A stretch of DNA of 64,000 nucleotides. Origin: Bispira polyomma. Taxonomy: Eukaryota. Made by a program: the position numbers and the translations under genes. Position 1 is the first letter of the stretch. The number at the start of each line of letters is the position of its first letter. The notes under the pieces were generated by a model. The model was not told the DNA's origin. It was given only the letters and a program-made list of their open reading frames with translations, and made no database searches. Of this stretch, positions 53,900 through 64,000 are shown in pieces. Location: assembly GCA_965649765.1 (NCBI GenBank), contig OZ287758.1, positions 16,554,001 to 16,618,000 on the forward strand, written 5' to 3'.

Positions 53900-56030
53900 A
53901 AAAATTTAGAATTCAAAATATTTACAAAATAGAGATAACACTTAGATGAACACATTTGAAAGTGAACTACAATAACCAAACACAATGAAGCTAAAAATGT
54001 AATAACCATGATCCCTACATAGCAACATACACCATTACAGAAAAAAACAGTCTTTTAGAGAGACATTTGAGAATCCATAGCCAGCTGAAGTGTCACTATT
54101 CAAACTAATGAAATATCTGAAGGATGCATAATTTGACATATTGAAAGCAGGACCCAGTTATTAGTAAGAGCCTTCCGGCGAATAGGATTACCGGAAATAT
54201 CAATTATATTAGCTCAGTTGCTGGTGGGGCAGCTCTGGTATTATTGGCCACTTTGTTTTTTTTTTTCTGCCATTGCCACTTAAATATGAGAGGTTTGTGT
54301 GGATGGGTTTTAAGCCTACAGGTTCTACTCATATACAGTACCAACCTTAGTAAACTGCATTAAGATTTAGGCTTCACATGTACATTGACAATCTTGCAGT
54401 TTAGGTGTTTGTAATAGGCTTGATACTATGCTTATGGGAGAAATGTTTGTGTTTGCTTGCCTTAAAACTGATCTGAATTCATCTTGGTGGTGGCTTAACT
54501 GAGTTAGGTATACTCCTGATACGTCGTAAAATCTTATCGCACAATATTTTTATAATAATTTAGTTATATCTTCACTGATTATTACATTTTTTTTCAGCAA
54601 TTCCATATGATACTGAAAAAGAGAATGGCTGTGCTAAAAAACATAGAAATATTGAAACCATTGAGATATGAATTAAACTATAATTACTATAAATTACAAT
54701 TAGTATATAACCAGTACAGTCAATTCATTCTGTTCCTTATTAAATGTTCTATACATTTAGTGTTTTGCTAGTGGTGTTTTCTTTATACTGTTCACTCTGT
54801 ATAAATGTCACTTCAATCAGCATTTATAGAAAGTAAAGTTTATCTTGATACCCAATCCACTTTCTGAAATATCCCTAGCTGACAGTTGCCTTGGCAAAAA
54901 GAACCTGATTCATATTCTGTTTCTCACAAGTCAATGTTTTCCTAATTGACATGAGCCTTGAAGCCTTTCTGTGTATTTTGTATAGAGTTCCTCAATAAGA
55001 GAAGAGATATAAAGGATGCTGAGTAAGCTTGTCCTTGAGGTATTCGACCCAGTTCGTATTTCTCCAAAACTCTGAAACTAAAAAAAAAACCGGAAAATAA
55101 AGGTGTTTTATCCCTGTACATGGAAATTTAAAAAACTTGTGACCATTCGTTTTGATACAGTTTTCAGCGTGGAATTCAAATATGCAGCCAGATTTTACTT
55201 TACTCAACTTCACTATAGCCAGCGAAATAGATATGGTTTGATTTGAGCTTGAACCTGGGTTGAGTTTGAAATGTTTAGTGTCTGTGTGGTGTGGTGACAA
55301 AACCCACCACCTTAATGTGGGGGCTCTACCATCTCTTAGAGCAAAACACTTTTTGGGTGTATTATTTGATTAAATGAAATTGTTCATTTTTTTGTAAACT
55401 TTTATTCTTAACTTAAAAAATACATCATTATTTGGTTCAATCAATATATTTTATTCAATTTTTCAAGATATGTGTTACAGGATGTTAAGAAGACATACAT
55501 TTTGTTTCAATTGCCTGAAATAAGAAAAAAGGTTTTTTAAACAAAATGCACCATAAACATTATACTCTTTCTATGTCAGTTGAATATAAACAGAAACAAT
55601 TGTAAGTATCATCTGTGTGCAAGACACAAAATTTAAAAAAAAGATCATAACCCACCATTTTTAATCAATTCCATTGTATTGAATATCAGTCTCTCTGTCT
55701 TGTTCTACAACGTGTCACATCCAATATTAACAGTACATATACTGGATCTGTATTACAGTCTTAGGCCAAGATAGTAAACTTGAAGGTATGTTCATCAACC
55801 CCATGATTAGCATCTACTTAACGGTTGTCTGCATAATTAGTAAAAAAAGATAATTTAACAGACAAGCCAGTTTAAACTTAAGAGAGGGTCTGTTTGGGAA
55901 AAAATTGTAGTCAGTAATTTCTATGATGCTGTGTGTCAACTGTTAGTGCAAAGATCTGTGTACATATAAATGTGTGAGGGAAAGAAAAGTGAGAAGTAGG
56001 AGTTATTAGTGGCACAGCGGTTAGTAGTGA
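53900..56030. repeat. Segmental repeat family C, copy C1
   Basis: Markers GCATAATTTGAC (~54126, 57009, 62075), GGATGCTGAGT (~55014, 57839, 62957) and TTTYCTAATTGACA (~54938, 57747, 62858). Confidence 0.88.
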
Positions 56031-56342
56031 CACAGCAGTTAGTAGTGACATAGGAGTTAGTAGTGACACAGGAGTTAGTAGGGACACAGGAGTTAGTAGG
56101 GATACACGAGTTAGTTAGTAGTGACACAGGAGTTAGTAGTGGCACATCAGTTAGTAGTGACACAGGAGTTAGTAGTGACACAGGAGTTACTAGTGACACA
56201 GGAGTTTGTAGTGACACAGGAGTTAGTAGGGACACAAGAGTTAGTAGTGACACAGGAGTTAGTAGTGACACAGGAGTTAGTAGTGACATAGGAGTTAGTA
56301 GTGACACAGGAGTTAGTAGTGACATAGGAGTTAGTAGTGACT
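55998..56342. repeat. 18-bp minisatellite (GTTAGTAGTGACACAGGA), ~19 copies
   Basis: Direct tandem repeats. They explain the three overlapping low-complexity ORFs in the track. Confidence 0.97.
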
Positions 56343-56839
56343 CTGACAAGGACAAAATGTGGACCTATTTGAATGACATTAAAATGAAACATTGTGAAGG
56401 ATAGCTGTATCAATTGACGAAAGAACGGGCAAAAGGTATCCCAAAGAGGTAAGTTGTTTACAACCATTTAAAGTTAGATTGTTTATATTATGTATAATGT
56501 GTAAAACAAAACAAAAAACTCCACTAATTACATTTTAGGAGCTTAAACCCTGTATGGGACATCTTTCCTTCATCTGCTGTCTACATATGTGTAATACGAA
56601 AATGGAAGACATTTGAACGAATTTAGGGTTAACAAAGAGTGTTTTTCAAGGATTTTGCCCACTTGTTACAAATAGCAGTGCACAATTCAAAACATTTCAA
56701 CAATAGTTTTCCACATGATACTTTCAAATTATGGAATGATTAACCAAATAACAGATAAATTATATATTCATTACATAAAATAAACTGAAAATACTCTCAA
56801 AATATGGAAAATTATTTATATTACCAAATTTCGGGTGAT

Positions 56840-59300
56840 TATGCTTTTTATTGTTATTGAAAGCACTATAATGATACCAAAGCAAAAAATGTAATAACCA
56901 AAATCTCTACCAGACGACACACACCAGTCCAGTGAACAGTCTTTCAGAGAGATATTTTAGGATCCAACTAAATGGCACAATTCAAGCTAATGAAATATCT
57001 GAATGGGTGCATAATTTGACCTATTGGCTCCCTATGAGGCCATTAGAAAGCACAGCACAGAGTATTAGTAAGAGCCTTCCGGCAAATAGAATTACCGAAA
57101 ATATCAATTGTACTAGAGCAGCGGCTGGTAGGGAAGTTCTGGTATTATTGGGTACTTAGATATTTTTTGCCATTGCCACTTAGATATGAAAGGCTTTTGT
57201 GGATGGATTCTAGGCCTACAGTGTTAACCCATATAGCATGCAGCAGCCTAGTTGAACTGCAATTTAGATGAATATTTGGTACTTTTTTAGTGTTACAGCA
57301 ACATAAATCTAGTGGTTTGGTGAAAACTGTTTGATACCATGGTCAAGTTATATCCAATTTTTAAAAAAAACTGAGAAACATGGCTTTCACAAATGAGCCT
57401 CAGAAACACTGCTGATATAGTTTGAAAGACTGATCACACAATATTTTGGATACTAATTTAGTAACATTCTTATAGTTTTAATTAATGGAGAATTAAAAAC
57501 ATGCTTAATGGTACAACATGGACATATTGAAACAAGACATGAATTAAACTGTAATTAGTATGTACTATATACTCAAAAAATAATCTATAATATAGTATAC
57601 AACAAGTGTAGTAAGATTCCATCTATTTTATACTGAATACTGCTTTCTTTATAATGTTCACAGGAAGATAAGCAATTCTGTTTTGCTTAACTATGTGTAG
57701 TTTGTAGTTGCCTTGCTAAAAGAACATGATTAAAAGTTTCCAGTGTTTTTCTAATTGACATGAACCTTCTATCCTTTTTGTGTGAAAGTCCTCACTGTTT
57801 TATTATATAGAGTTCTTCTATAAGAGAGGAGATCAAATGGATGCTGAGTGAGCTTGTCCTTGAGGTATTAGACCCAGGTCTTGTGTTTACTTCAGAAAAG
57901 TTACCATGTCCAACAACTCAGACTCAACTCAACAATAAAGGCTATTTAAGTCCATGTGGACATCCCTATATATACAAATTACCTGTACATGCTTAACTTT
58001 ACTGTTGGCAGAGAAAGAGAGAAAGTCATATTTCAGTTTCGGTTTGACTTAAGTTTGAGGTTTTTGGAGTAGCTACAGTCACTTCAAGGATAGATTTGAT
58101 AAAACATTGAGGTGAAAACAGTCTAAAAATCGATAAACCTTTATACGTGGTTGTTGGTACAGCAAAAACATATCTTGCCATAGCTATTTGTGATTTTATA
58201 AAACTAACATTCTATATTGATACTTAAACCCTGGTATAATCATTACATGAAAACCGGTGTTGTAGATTTTAGTCCCAAATCAAACAGTTTGTCAGTCTTA
58301 GGTACCATGAATATCTTTTATTAATTTTATTGCAATACTATCTATACATATTATTTTACTCACTGTTTTTACAAAAAGGCATGATCTTTAAATTTACATA
58401 CAATATAAACGTAATACTCTTTCTATATTTTGAAAAGCTCAGATAAACATATGTTATCACCTACAAGAAATACATTTATCAAAACAAAAAGAAGATCCTG
58501 CACCATTTCAACCAATTTGAAGAAAACAGTTTACTTGACACTTTTGAGAAGAAACCCCAGCACAAACTATTGCACAAATATGTAACCCTAGACACGTTCA
58601 AATCTTGGGGACTGATGAAGGGAGTTGTTATTAAATATCAGTCTCTCTGTCTTCCTGTATAACTTGTTAAATCCAATATTAACATATCATAATACTGTAT
58701 TGATTGCAGTCTTTAGCTGAGATAAGAAACTTGAATGTGTGTTTCAAAACATGCTGGAAATAACTTATTAACTTCATTCATTTACTATTATTTACTTACA
58801 TACTATTTGATTACAAGAAACATAGTACAGAATAAAAATACAAAGAATACAAAAAAGAGATGAACCTTACATAATGTGAATCATGCATACTGATATATCA
58901 CCCTTTCTTTATGTTTTATCTTTTATAGTGAACAGTTTACAACTCGACCCTGATGTATTACAACTGTCTCTCATTTCAATTAATTAGCCCTTAATTCAAT
59001 TACTATATCCAATAAAATCTTTAAGTATATAGGTGTTGTTCCATTTTAATAAATTTCACACTTTGTAGATTTTTGAATTTTTTTAATCTATTTAGTTCAT
59101 AATAAACTTAACACAACTGACACAGGTTAATCAGGTATGTGATTTGGATCTAAGTTAAATACTTTGTTTCTGGATAATGAGTACAAGAAAAAATCTTAGG
59201 AGAGTGGATGCTTGTAAGTAATACTGTGAACTGCTTAGATCTTTGTAAATGTGTGGGGGAGAAAAGAATTAAGAAGTAAAAATTAGTAGTGTGTGCTTAA
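56840..59300. repeat. Segmental repeat family C, copy C2
   Basis: Colinear with C1, and closer to C3 (57820-58140 is nearly identical to 62930-63320 apart from a deletion). Confidence 0.9.
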
Positions 59301-61959
59301 TATATATACTGAAAAGAGCAAAAAAACCTTTAGAGAAAATGGTTTTTAAATTACATAGTTTAAAGCATAGCTTTAGGGGGCCACCATAATCAATAGTTTT
59401 CATATCCGACGTTTTTGGTTTGAACTAAGTATAAGAAGAAACATTTTAGGAAAAAGTGCCATTGATAACTTTGAAAACTTTATATATTAAATGTTTACAT
59501 TGTAGGACATAGATATTGGTAAAAAAAATTTTGTTGTGGACAGTGGAAAAAAAAGTATTGTTTTTTTTTACAACAGAGTCTTAAGTCAGACTAGTTTGAT
59601 GTTGTCAGCAGAAAGATTGATTGTGTCCCAAAATGAAGTTGCTGAGAATAAATGAAATGCGAAATCTTTGGGGATCTTTTTTAGGTTTATTGTAAGGAAA
59701 TGCCTATATTAAGCTTTCACTTAACCTGTGATACATGTCTGATAGATTTCCCACTGGTAATTTATGCCATATAACTGGAGCCTTGGTTTAACAGTCAATG
59801 TATGTGTTCGAATCTTGGCTGTGGCTGGTGATCATGGTGACAAACAACAGGAATGGAGAGACCACATTGAAAGTATCAGGACAACTAAATTGAGTCAGTT
59901 GTAAGGTGGCCACAAACTACAAAACTGGGGCACCATAGAGGGCAGTGCTAACCAACTCCGGTGTGGTACGGTCCGATCCGACAGCAATTTTAGAAACAAT
60001 AAAATATATATTGGGTATACATACCTAATCCGTTGCGGTCCAATCTGATCCGTAAATTTCGAAAAGAAATTTCTAAAATAGAGATTTCTTTATTTTTGTC
60101 GGATTGGATGAGTTGGGGAGTGGAAGTAGTCTACTGCACATCTGGGATGGGGGGGGGGGGGGGGGGGGGGGGGGGGAGGGGGGGGGGGAGGAGGGCATTA
60201 AAAATATTTTTTTTTGTCCTCAGTAACTAATAAAATAAAAAAAAAAACAATTTCTAACCTCAAGTCTCTATATTGTCGGCTAAAAAAATGACATTATTTG
60301 TAATGAGAAACAATAGCAAACCATAAGTACGCTCATTATAGCAAATAAAAACAATATAATTACAGCTGAAACTTCCTTAAGCATGTTATACTTTACTTGC
60401 ACATAATCAGTTGCAGTACCGGATCCAATGTAAAAGCCCCATCCGACATTGTCGGGTCGTGTCGTAAGTAAACATTCAGATTGTACCGCCCGGAGCCGGT
60501 TTGCAAGGCCCTTAACTGTTGTACTAGCGCTCGGCATTACAATCTTAAGATTTCCCTCTGCCTCATTTTATGAGGACAACCTATCTCTTAACACAGGCGA
60601 CAGGCTCATCTTAATGTGCCTTTAGTGTTATGAAGTCCGATTGTAAATCTCAATGGAACCAAAACAGCTATGGACAGTATCTTTGCAGTAGTTTCAGCCG
60701 TTGGATTACCAGTTGAATACATCTATGTATACTTGTAAACCTCAATTGACAGAACTGTTTTAATACCAACAACTGAAAATACAAGCTGGTAGGGAAATTC
60801 AACTTTATAGTTCTTGGATTTCTACATGCCTTATTGATGACAAGCATATTCTATGTGTTTGTAATTATTTCTGCATTGTTTGTTTATGTCTAGCTGATGC
60901 CACCCAGGTAATTTACATACAATTAAAGCTTTTGGCCATATTGGTTGTTAGAGTTACCAGACGAGTACCATGGTATTAGTCCTTTATGTCTGTGTATCGT
61001 GTGTTACTTCGGAGGTTTCATCTACGTGTAAAATGACACACCTCATCAGCTTATTCTTACCAAGTTACCAACTTGCATTTTCAGCAGAGTTCTTCTATTT
61101 AAATAGAACGCAGTTAATGAGTCTTTTCAGCAAAGATAAAAAGTAATTATCAAAATAAGTACCACTTTTAATAAAATAATTGCCGTCCTCAAGTCAGATA
61201 CATGTTGTAAAATGAACCCTCACAGATATTACCTGCCTCCTCGTGCCTTTAAAGACCATGTGATACATTGTATAAGCAAGAGCCATTCGTAGGTTGTTTA
61301 CTTAGTGTAAATATTGGTGTTACAACAGGGGTAATTAATACAGTGTCCCAAGGTCGTGGTGTCGTGGTTTCCAGATGAGAAGTGGCAGTATGTGTAATAT
61401 GTGGGTGTACTAATGGGTTATGTAAATACAAGAGAAATAGAATTGAAGAAATAGAAATATGTGGGAAACTTGTAAAAGTGGAAAAGCCTCTGAATATTGT
61501 ATAATCACAATTTGAGAATTATTCATATTATAATTCTATTTGTATAAAGAGTTTAAAATAGCTCTATTTTTCAGTAATCTTTTACAACTTGTAATAATAG
61601 CAACTTGCTGTTATGCACAATGAATTGTATACCAGGTAAAACAGCCATCACCATATGCTGCTTAATAATTATTAACTATCACATAAAACTACTGGACACA
61701 ATTCTGATGTTTTCGTAATCGGTCACTCCCAAGGTGATTAAGGTAAATTATAAATACAATAATCTATAACATCCAATAGACATTCAAATTTTAAATTGAT
61801 ACTAAACACAGCTATCTAGCTCTATTTGGTATTAAAAGAGCCAATTAACCTTTTCTTGACAGTCAACATACAACCAGCATCAGTTAATTATCATTCCCCT
61901 TACTTAAGAAAAAGGTTTCGGAGTGGCCACACTATCTGAAAGAAAATATTGTAATGACC

Positions 61960-64000
61960 ACAATTTCTACCAAAAATAAACAACAGGACAGAACAATGGT
62001 ATTTCACAGAGACATTTTTCGATCCACACCCAGCTGAAATGGCACAATTCAAGCTAATGAAAGATGTGAAGGATGCATAATTTGACATATTGGCTCCCAA
62101 TGAGGCCATTAGAAAGCACGAAACATAGATTTTGAGAGCCTTCTGGCAAATAGAATTACCCGAAAATATCAATTGTATTAGCTCAGTGGCTGGTGGGAAA
62201 GCTCTGGTATTATTAGCCACTTGGTTATTTCTTGCCATTACCACTTACATATAAGAGGTTTTTGTGGATGGGTTTTAGGCCCATTATGTCTACCAATATA
62301 GCATGCAACAGCCTTAGTAAATTCCAATTTAGATGAACATTTTATTCTTAATAAAATAATATTTGATACCAAGGTCATGGATAATCATATTTTAGTTTAC
62401 AAACTGCCAAAATTTGATGATTATTCAAATTACTAAACAAATGAGAAACCTGACTTTAGCAGATGAGCTTTAGAAATACTCCTTATATAGCTTAAAAGAC
62501 TGATCACACAATTTTCTGGACACTAATTTAGTGACATCTCGGTTGGTTATTATAGTTTTTATCACTAGGTCCACACCATTAAGAATTTTAAAAATGCTTC
62601 GAGGTACGACATGGAAATATTGAAATACGTCTAAACTATAGTTAGTATATAGTACATATTCCAAAAATAATCCATAATATAGTGTTTCCTCTATTATATA
62701 TTAATATTGTGCATATTTGCTGTTGTCTTATGATTGCTTTCTTTGTAATGTTCACAGGAAGATGAGCAACTTGGTTTTGCTGAACTATGTGTAGCTTGTA
62801 GTAGCCTCGCCAAAAGAACCTGATTTAAATTTTTGTTTTGTTTTCACAAGTCAGTGTTTTTCTAATTGACAGGGACCTTTAGTTCTTTCTGTGCGCAAGG
62901 AGAGAGGTCCTCAATATCTATTTCTATAGAGTTCTTCAATAAGAGAGGAGATCAAATGGATGCTGAGTGAGCTTGTCCTTGAGGTATTAGACCCAGGTCT
63001 CGTGTTTACTCCAGAAAAGTTACCATGTCCAACAACTCAGACTCAACTCAACAATAAAGGCTATTTAAGTCCATATGGACATCCCTATATATACAAATTA
63101 CATGTACATCTGACCATTCATTTTAATAGGGATTTGAGCCCTGATTCCAAATATGCAACCAGCTTTTGCTTAATTTTACTGTTGGCAGAGAAAGAGGGAA
63201 ATTCAGATTTCAGTTTTGGTCTGACTTGAGTTCAAGGTATTTGGAGTAGCTACAGTCACTTCAAGGATAGATTTCATAAAACATTGAGGTGAAAAACAGT
63301 CTAAAAATTCATAAACCTTTATATTTTTCAAGATGGCATGCTAAATTTAAACTTTATTACTTTTACAGTTTATATATAATAACCTGTCATACAGATTTAA
63401 GTCATAACTTAAACAGTTTGTCAGTCTTAGGTCCCACGTATTTATTTTATTCATTTTATTGCAACATATCCATCTTAAAGTAATTATACAAATCACTTTA
63501 CTTGCTGTTCATAACTAAAACGGTGTGATCATAATTTTATAATTTTACCATGCATCATCAAGATAATACACTTTCTCTATCTTTGTACTCTCACATAAAC
63601 GTATGTAAGTATCACCCACAAAAGACCCCCCCCCCCCCCCCCTCAAAAAACAAAAACAACTCTTTATTGACAGGAAGAGGATCATGCACCATTTTCAATT
63701 AATTCTAAGAAAACAGTTTACTTGGCATCTGTAAAAAAACCCAAGCCCCACAAATATGTAACCCTGGACACGTTTCAGTTGTGGGGACTAATGAAGTGAG
63801 TTTGTATTGAAGACCTGGCCCTCTGTGTGTACGTGTCACATCTAATATTAACAGTACATATACTGTATTTTTATTGCAGTCTTCAAATAAGATAAACATT
63901 AATTATTTTCTATACTGATACCATTAATGCAATTAGATGATCCCTTAAAACGTGAAAATGATATAGGTGTTGCTCTATCATTATACTCTTTACATATATA
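61960..64000. repeat. Segmental repeat family C, copy C3 (right-truncated by window edge)
   Basis: Colinear with C2 56900-59040. Confidence 0.9.

Noticed and set aside
55936-56467. Three overlapping ORFs as real proteins
   Set aside because: By-product of an 18-bp tandem repeat; no independent coding evidence.
1-64000. Uni-strand piRNA-cluster signature from TE orientation
   Set aside because: Orientation is mixed (DIRS1 and three L2 RT fragments minus; DIRS2, L1 and several SINE/L2 ends plus). Cannot be claimed without small-RNA data.

Overview
AT-rich, CpG-poor eukaryotic DNA. The TE repertoire suggests a marine invertebrate, but that is inference. I found no intact host gene, rRNA, true tRNA gene or CRISPR array. 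Most non-TE sequence belongs to three unrecognised multi-kb tandem/segmental repeat families: A (about 1-28.2 kb, 4 partial copies), B (about 28.2-46.9 kb, 3 copies, plus an inverted copy at about 48.9-52.4 kb) and C (about 53.9-64 kb, 3 copies). Family A is itself built from older, diverged sub-blocks of about 0.25-0.6 kb that resemble decayed coding sequence. Inserted into this array are a nearly intact Ngaro-like (DIRS-order) tyrosine-recombinase retrotransposon, a second truncated one, an L1/Tx1-type LINE whose ORF1 region carries a NADAR-like domain, several L2/CR1 fragments, tRNA-derived SINEs, Helentron-type non-autonomous elements, a Harbinger-type MITE and two minisatellites. The best leads are (1) the unexplained nested repeat-module array, (2) NADAR inside a LINE ORF1 and (3) a frame-preserving splice that would fuse Gag to the ATG-less recombinase. 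Boundaries were read by eye and are approximate unless stated otherwise.
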